This document shows, one piece after another, positions 9,881 to 21,559 of a stretch of 64,000 nucleotides of DNA; position 1 is the stretch's first letter; each line of letters opens with the position of its first letter. The translations under genes were made by a program, and so were the position numbers. A model generated the notes under the pieces. That model saw only the letters and a list, made by a program, of their open reading frames with translations, was not told the origin of the DNA and did not search any database. Source of the DNA: Anthoceros angustus (taxonomy: Eukaryota; Plantae; Anthocerotophyta); NCBI GenBank assembly GCA_010909165.1, contig VJWM01000106.1, positions 992,001 to 1,056,000 of the forward strand, written 5' to 3'.

Positions 9881-12800
9881 ATGCCTGTGCGGAGGTTAAT
9901 AGGTATTCCAGGAAGAGCTCCCGCTCGGTTGAATTCGAGGAATCAATTGTTGGCATTCAACCAAGCCGCCGGGTGCAACACCTCTGCAAGAATCCCAGCC
10001 CTTTCAAGCGGGTGTCTGGCTGGAGACGGACTTTCCAGCTGGCCGGGCGATCCTGACCCTCACAGGCCTCCGGGATACGAAAGGGTCGTCACGGCTGAAA
10101 CAGTGAGCAAGCTATGTCATCAAGGCCAGCTCATTGAGGCTGTTGAGTCGTTGGGAGTTCTGGTGCAGACAGACTGTTGTATATCGAGATCTCTGTTTTA
10201 CGTTGTCCTGAAGAGATGTGTTGTAAGTAAGGATCTCGTGGTGGGTCGCCGGGTTCATGCTTTAGCGGTGCAGAATGGATATCAGACGGACACGTTCCTC
10301 TGCAACCACATCTTGAGGATGTATGCTTCCCATGGCAGACTGGGAAACGCGATGGATGTGTTCACCATGGTTACTGAACCGGATGCTTATATGTGGTCTT
10401 CCATAATTTCTGCGCATGTTAAACATGGAGAAGACAAACAGGCCACACAACTGTACAATCGGATGCGCAGGTCGAGTGTGAGGCCGGATGGGCATGTATT
10501 TGTGGCAGCCCTTCAAGCTTGTGCAAGGGGAGCAGACCTGAAAACTGGGCAGCAGGTGCATGCTGATTTGTTGGCCACTGGGGTTGAGCCTGATTTGTTT
10601 GTCTGTAATGTCTTGGTGGACATGTATGCAAAGTGTGGTAGCTTGGAAGACGCTGAGAGAGTGTTTGATGGACTCCGTGTGAAAGATGTTGTGACGTGGA
10701 GTACCATGATAGCTGGGTATTCTCAGCAAGGCATGGGCAAGGAAGCACTTCATCTGTACAGTGTCATGCAAGACGATGGCATGGCTGTGCCCAACCCGGT
10801 GACATTTGTGTGCCTCTTGCAGGCATGTGGAAGTTTGGGGACAGCGGCGTTGGACAAGGGGAGGCAGCTTCATGCACAGATTAAAGAACGAGGACATGAA
10901 GCTGATGCTTTTGTAGCCAACAGTTTGGTGAACATGTATGCCAAGTGTGGCAGCTTAGAGGATGCTCGCGGGGTGTTTGATGAACTTGTTCAAAGAGATG
11001 TGGTAACATGGAATGGCATGATAGCAGGGTATTCCCAGCAGGGCATGGGACAGGAAGCCCTTCATATGTACAGTGTTATGCAAGAAGAAGGCATATCTTT
11101 GCCCAATTCTGTGACATTTGTGTGTCTTCTGCAGGCCTGTGCAAGTTTGGGTACTGTGGCATTGGAGAAGGGGAAGCATCTTCATGCACAGATAAAAGAA
11201 CTAGCACTTCAAGCTGATGTGTTTGTTGCTAGCAGTTTGGTAGATATGTATGCAAAGTGTGGCAGTCTAGAGGATGCTCATGGCGTGTTTGACACCCTTG
11301 ATAACAAAAATGAGGTGACGTGGAGTGCCATGATAGCAGGATATTCCCAGCAAGGCATGGGTCAGGAAGCCCTTCGTCTGCACATTGATATGGAAGAAGA
11401 GGGCATTATTGCAGCCGATTCTGTCACATTTGCATGCCTCCTGCAGGCTTGTGCAAGTGTGGGTACCCCAGCTTTGGAGAAGGGGAAGAAGCTTCATGCA
11501 CAGATTAGAGAACAGGGACATGAGGCTAATAACTCCATAGCCAACAGTTTGGTAAACATGTATGCAAAGTGTGGCAGTCTAGAGGATGCTCAGAGTGTGT
11601 TTGAGAAACTTGGTGAAAAAGATGTGTTTACTTGGACTGCTCTAATTGCAGGATATTCCCAGCAGGGCATGGGGCAGGAAGCCCTCCGTCTTTACAGTGC
11701 TATGCAACAAGACAGCAACATTACTCCTGATTATGTGACATTCGTTTCCCTGCTGCGGGCCTGTGCGAGTGTGGGCACCCCAGCTTTGGAGAAGGGAAAG
11801 CAGCTTCATGCACAAATTAGCCAACGAGGACACCAAGCAGTTGTGGTTATAGCTGACAGTTTGATAGACATGTACACAAAGTGTGGCAGCCTAGGGGATG
11901 CTCAGAGGCTGTTTGACGGACTTGGCCAAAAGGATGTCAAGATATGGAATGCTATGATTGCTGGATACTCCCAGCAGGGCATGGGCCAGGATGCCCTTCA
12001 TCTCTACATTGCTATGCAAGAAGAAGGCATTGCTATACCCAGTCCCATTACATATGTTTACCTCCTGCAGGCGTGTGCAAGTGTGGGCAGCCCAGCTCTG
12101 GAGACGGGGAAGCAGCTGCATTCGCAAATCAGAGCACGTGGACATCAAGATGATTTGATTGTGGCCAACAGTTTGGTGAACATGTACGCAAAGTGTGGCA
12201 GCCTAGAGGATTCGGAGAGAGTGTTTTATGGACTTGGTCAGAAAGATGTTGTGACATGGACTGCGCTAATTGCAGGATATTCCCAGCAGGGCAGGGGCCA
12301 GGAAGCCCTTCGTCTTTACAGTTCCATGCAAGCAGATGGCATGGCTGTACCCGATGCTGTGACATTTGTGTGCCTCTTGCAGGCATGTGCTAGTGTGGGT
12401 GCCCCAGCCTTGGAGAAAGGGAGGCAGCTTCATTTACAAACTAGAGAGCGAGGTCTTCAAGGCAATACATTTGTCGCCAACAGTTTGGTAAACATGTATG
12501 CAAAGTGTGGCAATGTGGAGCATGCCCGGAGAGTCTTTGATGGACTCGGTCAGAAGGATGGGGTGACGTGGAATGCCATGATAGCAGGGTATTCCCAGCA
12601 GGGAATGGGGCACGAAGCCCTTCGTCTCTACAGTGCAATGCAAGAACACAGCATGGCTGGACCTGATTCCATGACATTCGTCTCCCTCCTGCAGGCATGT
12701 GCAAATGTCGCAGCCTTGCATCTAGGACGGAAGCTACATGCACAGATTGAAGAACAAGGGCTTCAGGCTGATGCGTTTATAGCAGGCAGTTTGATAAACA

Positions 12801-13519
12801 TGTATGGGAAGTCCGGGAGCATGGTCGATGCACAGCAAGTGTTCGAGGCATTGCCAGGAAGGGACGTCATTGCCTGGAACGTGCTATTTGCAGGGTACAG
12901 CAGCCAAGGAGACAGTGAAAAGGTCTTTGACTTGGTTCTCCGAATGGCAGAGGACGGAATACAGCCGGATGGCATCACGTTCCTTAGTGTACTCACAGCA
13001 TGCAGTCATGCAGGTCTAGTGGACAAAGGGCAGGAGTACTTCGACTCTATGAGAACACAACACGGCATCACCCCAACTCTGGAACACTACACCTGCATGG
13101 TGGACCTTCTGGGCCGTGCAGGCCGACTGCACCAGGCTCTAGCATTGGTAAGCACAATGCCTACACTACCCAGTTCCTCAATTTGGCACGCTCTCCTGGC
13201 TGCTTGTCGAAAATGGAGCAACGTTGAGGTCGGACACCATGCCTTCGCCGAAGCAATGAAGCTAGACAAGAATGATGCCGCAGCATACACGTTGATGTCA
13301 AACATATACACCAGTGCCCGGATGTGGAAGCAGGCCCAGGAGATGCAGTCCAGGAGAATCCAAATCAGGGCATGGAAGCAGCCCGGCCAGAGCTGGTGGA
13401 CAGACATGGCTGGACTGGTGCACAGTTTTCTGGTTGGAAATGAAAAGCATCCCAAGAGTCGAGCAATGCTGAAACATGTAGCTTCCAGAAGGCAAGTCAC
13501 TGGCACCCATATCTCATGA
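9881..13519 (+). CDS. Long PLS-class PPR protein (E1-E2, WW-type PG box, truncated in DYW N-terminus) with targeting-like N-terminus
   Basis: First in-frame ATG at 9881 within ORF 9815-13519. About 10 PLS triplets and 'KQPGQSWWTDMAGLVHSFLVGNEKHP'. The N-terminus is homologous to that of the 6991 gene. Confidence 0.95.
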   Translation: MPVRRLIGIPGRAPARLNSRNQLLAFNQAAGCNTSARIPALSSGCLAGDGLSSWPGDPDPHRPPGYERVVTAETVSKLCHQGQLIEAVESLGVLVQTDCCISRSLFYVVLKRCVVSKDLVVGRRVHALAVQNGYQTDTFLCNHILRMYASHGRLGNAMDVFTMVTEPDAYMWSSIISAHVKHGEDKQATQLYNRMRRSSVRPDGHVFVAALQACARGADLKTGQQVHADLLATGVEPDLFVCNVLVDMYAKCGSLEDAERVFDGLRVKDVVTWSTMIAGYSQQGMGKEALHLYSVMQDDGMAVPNPVTFVCLLQACGSLGTAALDKGRQLHAQIKERGHEADAFVANSLVNMYAKCGSLEDARGVFDELVQRDVVTWNGMIAGYSQQGMGQEALHMYSVMQEEGISLPNSVTFVCLLQACASLGTVALEKGKHLHAQIKELALQADVFVASSLVDMYAKCGSLEDAHGVFDTLDNKNEVTWSAMIAGYSQQGMGQEALRLHIDMEEEGIIAADSVTFACLLQACASVGTPALEKGKKLHAQIREQGHEANNSIANSLVNMYAKCGSLEDAQSVFEKLGEKDVFTWTALIAGYSQQGMGQEALRLYSAMQQDSNITPDYVTFVSLLRACASVGTPALEKGKQLHAQISQRGHQAVVVIADSLIDMYTKCGSLGDAQRLFDGLGQKDVKIWNAMIAGYSQQGMGQDALHLYIAMQEEGIAIPSPITYVYLLQACASVGSPALETGKQLHSQIRARGHQDDLIVANSLVNMYAKCGSLEDSERVFYGLGQKDVVTWTALIAGYSQQGRGQEALRLYSSMQADGMAVPDAVTFVCLLQACASVGAPALEKGRQLHLQTRERGLQGNTFVANSLVNMYAKCGNVEHARRVFDGLGQKDGVTWNAMIAGYSQQGMGHEALRLYSAMQEHSMAGPDSMTFVSLLQACANVAALHLGRKLHAQIEEQGLQADAFIAGSLINMYGKSGSMVDAQQVFEALPGRDVIAWNVLFAGYSSQGDSEKVFDLVLRMAEDGIQPDGITFLSVLTACSHAGLVDKGQEYFDSMRTQHGITPTLEHYTCMVDLLGRAGRLHQALALVSTMPTLPSSSIWHALLAACRKWSNVEVGHHAFAEAMKLDKNDAAAYTLMSNIYTSARMWKQAQEMQSRRIQIRAWKQPGQSWWTDMAGLVHSFLVGNEKHPKSRAMLKHVASRRQVTGTHIS

Positions 13520-13919
13520 AAGGAACGACTATCATTTGCGTGAACAAAGCAACACGCTGGTGACCGCATGTTTTCCCTAATAGCAGCCCATTAGTGTGCA
13601 ATCCCATCACCATCCCTCTCTGGTGGCTGGCGACCTCATGGTAATTAAAATGAAGTACATACTACCTCCAGACCTATTCTAGAAAAGAATTTCGACCTAC
13701 ATAGGTCTGTATAGGTAGTAGGCATCGATACTACCTAAACAATTTATTGCAATTTGGTGCAAGTTCAGCACGGTGAGCTCGCAACGAGGGAGTCCTGGGC
13801 GTATTTGATTGTAGACCGTGTTCTATCGACCTTGCCCGTCCCTCGATTGTTGCCCTCCTGGGGTGTGGACGCCCGGAATAACCCTGAAGACGTCGTGCGG
13901 AGCTGTCGGGTGTGGCACT

Positions 13920-14744
13920 ATGTCTCCGGTAGTGGGGCTGCGGAAGCATAGAGATCCTCTGAGCTCCTTTTTTGTAAGGGGTCCCATTGTCAATCAGGGG
14001 CATGCGCAAGCAGCGGAAACAGCAGAGGGCAGGGCTGAGCATCAGGGCGGTCCTCGTGCTGGTGCTTACATTTTGACCGGAAACAATATTGGGTTCCAGG
14101 TGAGACGGGTGTCGCTGATTTCGAGGTGCCGCAGATGGATTGAGACTTTCCTGCAAGGGGCCTTAATCGTGTGGAGAGGTTGTAAGCATGGGATGAATTG
14201 TCTGGTGATGTGCAGCTGCTGAAGAAGTCAGGGTGGAAGGAAGGCTCAGGCCTTGGAGCATCAGAGCAGGTTAGGGTTCTGAGTCATGGAGAATGTTGTT
14301 TTGGTCTGGTTTATGATTTAGAGTTGTTTATATTTCTGAAGAGGCTGAATGGAGTGGTGTTGCTTCTTTGTTGCAGGGAATTGTTGCTCCGGTAGAGCCT
14401 CGAATCAAAACTGGACGGGAGGGTATAGGATCTTCGAAAGATGATACTCACAATATTTATGTAGCTTCTACAAGACCTCCGCCGAACCTCCAGGTGAGTC
14501 TGTCGTTGCCCGGAGTACAACTTTTGAGTGGCCGTGGCTTGTGTCATATTGTAGGGCCTTTGGTTCTTGTTCTGACCTAGAGATGGTTGCTCCTCAGAGC
14601 CTCAAGAAGGAGAAGGAGAAGCAGGAGAAGCGGTCGAAACGGTCGAGGAAGAGAGCAAGAGAAGCTCTAGAAGAGCAGATGCGCATGACAGTGGTACAAC
14701 AAGAAATCGATTTCCGGAGGGAATTCTGGCCTGACAACGTCTGA
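13920..14744 (+). CDS. G-patch domain protein, 4 exons: join(13920..14099,14216..14269,14377..14493,14598..14744)
   Basis: GT-AG splicing gives 'GNNIGFQ|LLKKSGWKEGSGLGASEQ|GIVAPVEPRIKTGREGIG' (G-patch consensus), then a basic coiled tail ending FRREFWPDNV. The start codon is the least certain part. Confidence 0.85.
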
Positions 14745-15567
14745 TAGGTCAAGGGGTTCCGTTTTGCCTGAAAATCCAGACGGATCTCTATCTGCTGTAA
14801 GCAACTGTTCTAAAACTAGCTGTCCTCTCGATTTGTAGCAATTTTAGCTTGCCGTGTGGCTGACTATGAGATTGTGAAAAGGTGTGGGAGGATTCGCAGG
14901 CTGTCTGTATCTAAGTGAGTCTGTGCTGCTTTAAGACTGAAGAGGAGACCCGTGTCACAGCGGTTGGCGAATGCGGTAGACCCTTGCATGGCTTTTCGTT
15001 TTTTCACCATTCTGGCTGGTTTCACTCCACAATTCACTCTCTGTATGCTAATTTGAGCCCGTTCGTAACCAGGTCTATTCAAGGTTCAAGGGAGGTGACT
15101 GAGGCAAAGCGTAGTGGTGGGTTTGAAGAGAGTGCCAAACGGCTGGCCCCAAGTCCTCCGCAGGTGGAGAAACTATGTATAGGTCTAGTTTGCACGGAAG
15201 GGGGCGGAAATAGTCGCATATGCTCCGGAGGAGAAATTACAGATCGAGTTCCGATGAAGACGGATGGATGGACCTACTTAGCGCATATCCAATGTGACGG
15301 AAATTTTCGCAGACATATTCTCTCCTGCCATCTGGGAAAGACGATGTATAGGATAGGGAAATCAGCACCCTTGCTGAAGATTTCTTCCCCGGGTTTGTTC
15401 TGATATATTTTTAAAATATTAAATTAAAAAATCTGGGAAAGGCACACAGTAGTAACGGTATTGGTGAAATAGAAGTAGAAAAGCGAAAAGTTGAAAAAAG
15501 GTACAAGTGAAATAAGGTAGAAAAGTGAAAAGTTAAAAAAGGTAAAAAGCTAAGTTAGTAGCTGCCC

Positions 15568-15928
15568 TGTTAAGAAGATGCATGTGTTGCATGTTTCATG
15601 CAATCTCTTGTTAGAAAGGAATTGCTACAGCCACAAATGAAGAGCTGCCTAGAGAGGACTCTTAGTGATTAGTGGTCTGTAAGAATCCCTAGATTTAGCA
15701 GCTGCCTAGTTAAGGTCAGGCTGCGGGATATATAAGGGCTAGAGCAAGGGCTTTGAGGAACAAATGGGACTCACTCTTTGAGAGAGCGGGCAAGTGTGCG
15801 CTGCAAGCCTTGTGTTGAGAGAGTTGTGGAGAGCTAGCTAGTGAGCTTGTCATGGAATCAAGGGCAGTAGCGAGTTGGGGGTAGATAGCCAGATTCCATC
15901 GTTGTATTCTTGCAATAAAGAGCAACAC
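15568..15928 (+). mobile_element. Possible solo-LTR
   Basis: Begins TGTTA and ends CAACA, with internal TATATAA (~15730) and AATAAA just before the end. No clear target-site duplication. Confidence 0.35.
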
Positions 15929-17834
15929 CTCGAGGAGGTGACCTGCGAGTCGTCAGTGGATGGCGGGCTACTTGGAGCTTAGTGCTGTGTTGTGAGGTTG
16001 AGAGCGTTGAGAATCGTGCAAGTCTCTTGTGGAGTGAATTGGCGGGGGCATCCACATTTTTGGGGCATCCACATTGGGCATCCACATTTTTTTAGGGTTG
16101 TGGACAGAGAGAAATAGTCCCGCCACATACGACGAAACTATTTCGGTATGTCATGCATGACCACATCAATCAGGGCTGCGCCCCCCCGGTGTCCCGATGT
16201 CGTCAACCTACCCCATGATGCACGAAAAGATTTCACGATACACAGAAACTTTTATTCTCTCGGGTTTAGGGTTGCGTTTTGGTCATTTGCGTTGCCGCGC
16301 CATTGCGGCACGGGGCTCCATATGTCAGTGGTTGCGTTAGCGCTGCACTCACCGTTTGCAATTGCGTTCGTTTGCAATTGCGTTTGTGCTGCATTCATCG
16401 TCTGTGTTTGCAGCGCGGCTGAGTGCGTTTGCCCTCACGTACAATGCTGCAGTGTTTAGCATTGGCTGCATACAAGGCTGCAACGTTTCTTAGGCAACAG
16501 GTTTCTTAGGCCTGTTGCCTATGGGGGTGCAATATGTGTCTTGGTTGCAACGTTTCCTAGGCCTGCCCCCTATGGGGGTGTAGTATGTGTCTTGGCTACC
16601 TGTTTAACATGTATGTGTGGTGATCAGAATCTTAAAACCCTAAAGAAGAAAACATGTGCATGACACAATCGGAACACCAGGCCTATGATCGTGTCATACA
16701 AAGTTTTTGCCCCGCATACGAACCTACAGAAGCTGATGTGGCACATATTATACGTGTATTTGAAAGATGCCGTGGCATATTTCGGTAGCATACACCCAAA
16801 AAAAAGAAAGTCACAGACACACTCCCGTGTGACCAGATCGGTATTCCACAGACCGGCTTTGGGGTTTTGTCCATTGGTTATGTTTTTTCATTGGGTTTTT
16901 GTTTTCTTACTTTTTATTACTATTTTATTTTATGTTTGGATAAACATTTAATTAAAATATTTAAAATAATATAAATATTTTACATAATATGTAAAATAAA
17001 ATCTTCTATCAAAAGTAATCGTGGTCTAAATTACTCTCATACGTGAATTATGCACACCGTTAAACTTAATGAAAAAGCTTGGCCCTCGGGTTAAAGCATC
17101 TACCCATTTGCAGTTTGGTAGTAGTCATGGACGACCGCGGGTCCGCGCCCCGTTTCATCGTCGAATGTGCGGTCCCCCGTCAAGTCCGCGCCGTTAGAAA
17201 TGACGCTGGTCCATCCGTATGTGACTCGGAAGTCGGGTGACGGGAGGGAGTCATCCCGGGGCGGGGACCCCAGTGGCACTACCGGAGAGGCTTTTTCTTT
17301 TTGCAAGGCTTTTTTCTTTTTATAGTACTTACCTACCACCGTAGATAGGTGCTGTAAGGTGCTGAAGAGGTACTATAAGTGACTTTAGATATTCTTTCTT
17401 TACTGTAACCCTTGAGGTCTCTCTTTCATGTTCTTTAGTGGTAGTGGGTTCACCCCATTTTCTCTTTCCTTAATAAAATCTATCTATGAAAAAAAATGAA
17501 AAAAATGTTGGTACGTACCTGGCTGGGCCTTATGCCCCCTACTTATTACCCATGTAGCGGGGTGGCTTGCCCGACACTGACCTATGTAATTAAAGGATAA
17601 TAAGCGTGTTAAAAGGTGGGATGCCCAATTCTTGCCGTGGCGGTGGTTTGCCTTGTGGGAGTTGGAAGCCCCTTGGCGAAAGCGACATCGGCGAGCGTGA
17701 AATGGCGGTAGAAACAAGACTGTGGCTGGGCCAGAGTGACAAGTTCACGGGGGCGGAAACACGATTCCACGACCCACAGCGCAATTTCCTTTCGCTGGCC
17801 GGTCACTTGTGGGGGTGCCCCTTCTTGACAGCCC

Positions 17835-17895
17835 TGCCTGGGCTGGCCTGGCGTGTCGGGGCCTGGCCTGGCGTGTCGGGGCCTGGCCTGGCGTG
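17835..17895. repeat. ~20-bp GC-rich tandem repeat (ctggcctggcgtgtcggggc) x~3
   Basis: Direct inspection. Confidence 0.7.
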
Positions 17896-18427
17896 ATGCT
17901 GGGCTGCCTTCAGTCACGAAGGCGGGGAGGGGAAGCCGCGGCCCTCCGCCTGCTGCGCCGAGCCGGCTGGCGATGCCCGCCTTCGCTGCACCGTGGGCCT
18001 GCCGCGGACTGCAGTTTTGGCGCCAATCCCCGATCTTCTTGGCCGTCGTTTCCCGGCAGGAGAATCGCTTGCCGGTGAGCAGCTTTGCGCAATTCCGGAA
18101 TTCCTGTGGCTGGAGCTGGAGGCTCTCGTACGGATGCTACTCTAGGGGGGAAGATTCTGACGGTGAGGAATAAGGATCCGTGGTTGCCAAGGTTTGGCGG
18201 ATTTGAGGCTTTGGAAGGGTAGGGAGCTGGGGGCGGCGGAAGGGGAAGGTTTGTGTTGAGTGGGAAGTTTCTATTTGCAGGTGTGAATTGCTCCGAGATC
18301 GGCAAGATTGCTTCGGCTATGTATGTCTGAGCGGATTACAAGAGACTAGTAGTCGGGAAGACTGCTGCTCGGGCCGGTGTGGTTGGATTTGTTTTGCGCG
18401 AGTGTGTATAGTTGGATTTGAGGCTTT

Positions 18428-20469
18428 ATGGGGGAGCCTGGTCTGAAGGACAGGTACAGTCATCGGTCCAAGGTGGATTTGGGGGTGGAGGAATTGGTAG
18501 AGCACCAGGGAATTGGAGTGGAGCAGCGCAAGAGAAGATTCCGGGACGTTTGCACGGCTTTCGTCTTCGCGTGCTGCGTGGCTGCGCTTTTGACAGTGTG
18601 GAGTTGGCAGACGTCTGGTGCGTTTCTGATTTATCGGATGTTGTGTGCAAGGTGGCATCGTTCCTTTCGGATTTGGGCTTGATGGCAGAATTTGTTTTTG
18701 TGGTTGTAGGCTCGCCGTCTCCTCTAGTGATACGAAGGGATCGGCTTGGAGAGAGGCTCCATGTGACTCAGGACAACGGCCTTGGAGCTTTGCTATACGA
18801 GGCAACTCGCGGCCCGGTAATTGAAGATGTGGTCGCGCTTTCCAACCAAGCTTTACTGCTGCTTCTCACTTTGCCGCACGGATTTCACCTCCCCCGGAAA
18901 GGAAGGCTTTCTTGCTTTTTCGGGAACCAAACGTTCACGGAAGTGCTGAGCGCGGAGGTGTACAAGTCAAGGCATGGCGCTGTTAGGTGTCCGTATCCGA
19001 GTGCGGGATCCGTGTGGACGGCTAGGAATGTGACGGTGGTGGTCGACAACGGCGCTGCGTCCTATCCAGCCAAATTGGCGTACAGGAAGCCACTGACATG
19101 GAACTTTCTCGTGTATGATATCTGGTCCACACAAGGAGATGTCGTTCTGTTTGCGAAAGGCCTTAAGCATATCAGGGACCGTGATGGCTTGCTGTCAGTC
19201 CAGTGCGTTTATGATGGAAAGGTCCATGTATCCGTCACAGATGCTGCTCAGGAGGTGTTCAGGTGTCCCCATCCAGATGCGTCTGAAAGAGAGGAACTTT
19301 TGGGTCAACCTGTGACTCTGAAGGTGCAAGGCGTGCTTGTGCCGTCAGTCGTCAGGTATGAATGTGATAACAAGGTGCTGAAGTATGGTAGTACATCTCG
19401 GCACTCGGGGCCAGGCGTTGTGTCCCATGGCAATGAAGAGTACGCCCCTCTAGCTGCAGCGGGGTGTCAAGACGATGTGCCAGGTGGTGCAGAATCGAGA
19501 GCTTTGCACACAGGTGGTGGTACCGAGAAAAAGCACTTCCTTTGCTCCTGCAACCTCATAAGGGATGGAGCCAAGTTTCTCAAGGAGTGGGTTACGTACC
19601 ACTCGCATCTGGGGGTAAGCAAGTTTTTCTTCTACGACAACAACAGTGACGATGAGATTGAGGATGTCACTGCAGGGTTGGTCTTCAGCAATTATCAAGT
19701 AACAAGAGTCATTTGGCCCTGGATCAAAAATCAAGAAGCTGGATTTGGGCACTGTGCTCTTTTGGCAGCGCAGGAATGTACTTGGATGATGTACGCCGAC
19801 GTGGACGAATACGCTTTTCCGAAAATGTGGCTTAACTTATCCTCTCCTGCATCGATCAGTGGGAAGCAAAAAGAAAGCTGTTCGATATCTATTGCGGGTC
19901 CTCGTGGGGACAGCAGAAAAAAACAGGAGGGACCTCTAGTATCCCTCATCCAAGAGGCTGCCCTGTATGGGCAGGACCTGAAAAAGGTCGGACAAGTGTC
20001 TCTGTACTGCCGAGACTTTGGTCCTTCGGGTCTTATGGCTCATCCTGTTCAGGGTGTGACAGTGGGGTATTCTTGCAGACTCAATGCTTCTCCTAGGCAC
20101 AAATCCATCGTGCTCTTGGAGGCCATTGACAAATCACTGAGAAACGTGATTCACCATTTCGAGTTGGGTTCTGACTATCGCACTGTCAAATTGCTCACAA
20201 ACAAAGCAGTGTTCAACCACTATAAGTTTCAAGCATGGGATGAATTCAAGTCGAAGTACAAGCAACGGGTGTCAGCATATGTCCCAGATTGGACAGATTC
20301 CAAATCCTCTAATTCCCAAGACAAGGCTCCTTTGCTTGGCAATACAGCAGTGAGGCCTGATGATTGGGAAACGCAGTTTTGTGAAGTAGAAGATACTGCG
20401 TTGAGAGATTATGTACTGAAGGTGTTTGCAGTTTGCAATGAGCCAGAGCCAAGAATGATTTGGCAATGA
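18428..20469 (+). CDS. Glycosyltransferase family 92 (DUF23) type II membrane protein, 2 exons: join(18428..18617,18710..20469)
   Basis: Exon 1 encodes a basic tail plus TM helix (RKRRFRDVCTAFVFACCVAALLTVWSW). A phase-1 GTGCGT...TTGTAG intron joins it in frame to the long ORF carrying 'FLKEWVTYHSHLGV..FFFYDNNSDD', 'W.MYADVDEY' and 'NHYKFQAWDEF'. Confidence 0.9.
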
Positions 20470-21294
20470 GTGGCGGTTGCTGGCATGCCCTTGGCTTTTC
20501 AATATCAGGAGGTAATGGTCACGTTGCTTTCTGCAGAGCGGTACGATTGTTTCTTGCCAACTTACCGTCTTTCGGGCACTCATGAACTGTTCAAATGCTG
20601 GCATGCTGGGGTTCTCCTGAGAGTATTTGGACAGTTCACATGTGCGCACATGCCGTTTGGACACGAGTTTCGGTACATAGGTTAGATGATATTTTTAATA
20701 CTTCATGAGGGTCATGGCACGTTGTCAACCGGAGAGACATTCTTCACACCTGGCAATATTTAGTGGTGTAATTTATCATTCGCAGGAAATAAACCTAAAG
20801 CGTCTTTAGTGGACTACAACAGATTCCTCTTCCGAGAGTAGGTACCTAAATAAGAGAGTAGGTACCTAAATACATACTCCGAGCAGGAGAGCTTACACGG
20901 GACGAGGTTTTAAAATGAGAGTCTCATCCGGTAAGAGAGCTTTGAAAGAATACCATGGCGTAGTCTCCTGTTGATGCTTCAAGCCCGCATGAGGGCGCAG
21001 CTGCTATAGTGAGGAGGTGTGCCCAACGCCCATGGCCTGGGAAAGTGGTGTGTTGAGTCAAATCACAGCCATTCCTTGTATACGTCGTATGCGAATTATA
21101 AGGTGAGAAAAAGTGTGTGTAAGGAGGCAAGTTGTAAGCTTAGGTAATACCTATCTTGCAAGTCGAGATGCCTTTTAAGGAAAAGATACCATCCCAACGT
21201 TGGATGCTCCTGGATGGCTTTTTAGAAGGAGGAGTTTGGCGTAAGATCCACTCCTGTGATGTTCTTCAACAAGTAATGTGAGCACACGAACTAT

Positions 21295-21545
21295 AACTCT
21301 GCACATCTGCTCCTTCTGTGCCTCTGCACATGTGTTCTGCAAATCTGTTCCTCCTGAGCCTCTGCACATTTGTTCTATTCCTTCTGTGATGTGATGTGAT
21401 GTGTGTGCCTCTGCACATCTGTTCCTTCTGTGATGTGATGTGTGTGCCTCTGCACATCTGTTCCTTCTGTGATGCGATGTGTGTGCTCCGAGCACCCTCT
21501 TCTTTCTGTGATGTGATGCTATGTGGTGTGTGCTTCGAGCACCCT
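21295..21545. repeat. ~39-bp tandem repeat (tgtgtgcctctgcacatctgttccttctgtgatgtgatg-like) abutting the truncated alpha-kinase
   Basis: Repeated units are visible and translate as (SQKEQMCRGTHIT)n on the minus strand. Confidence 0.8.
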
Positions 21546-21559
21546 TGCCTCTTCTTCAT

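Noticed and set aside
6230-13450. Candidate U-to-C (DYW:KP) editing factors
   Set aside because: The boxes are PGxSWWTD (WW type), not KPAxA-type, and the catalytic motifs are lost.
3937-13569. Numerous antisense and alternate-frame ORFs over the PPR genes
   Set aside because: These are shadows of the repetitive PPR coding sequence with no independent domain signal.
13712-13740. 9-bp hairpin TAGGTAGTA...TACTACCTA (Helitron-end-like)
   Set aside because: No CTRR terminus downstream and no other Helitron evidence.
18412-18709. ORF-track N-terminus of the 685-aa GT92 ORF
   Set aside because: It starts at a non-ATG codon and reads through an intron. The spliced model from ATG 18428 gives a proper TM anchor.
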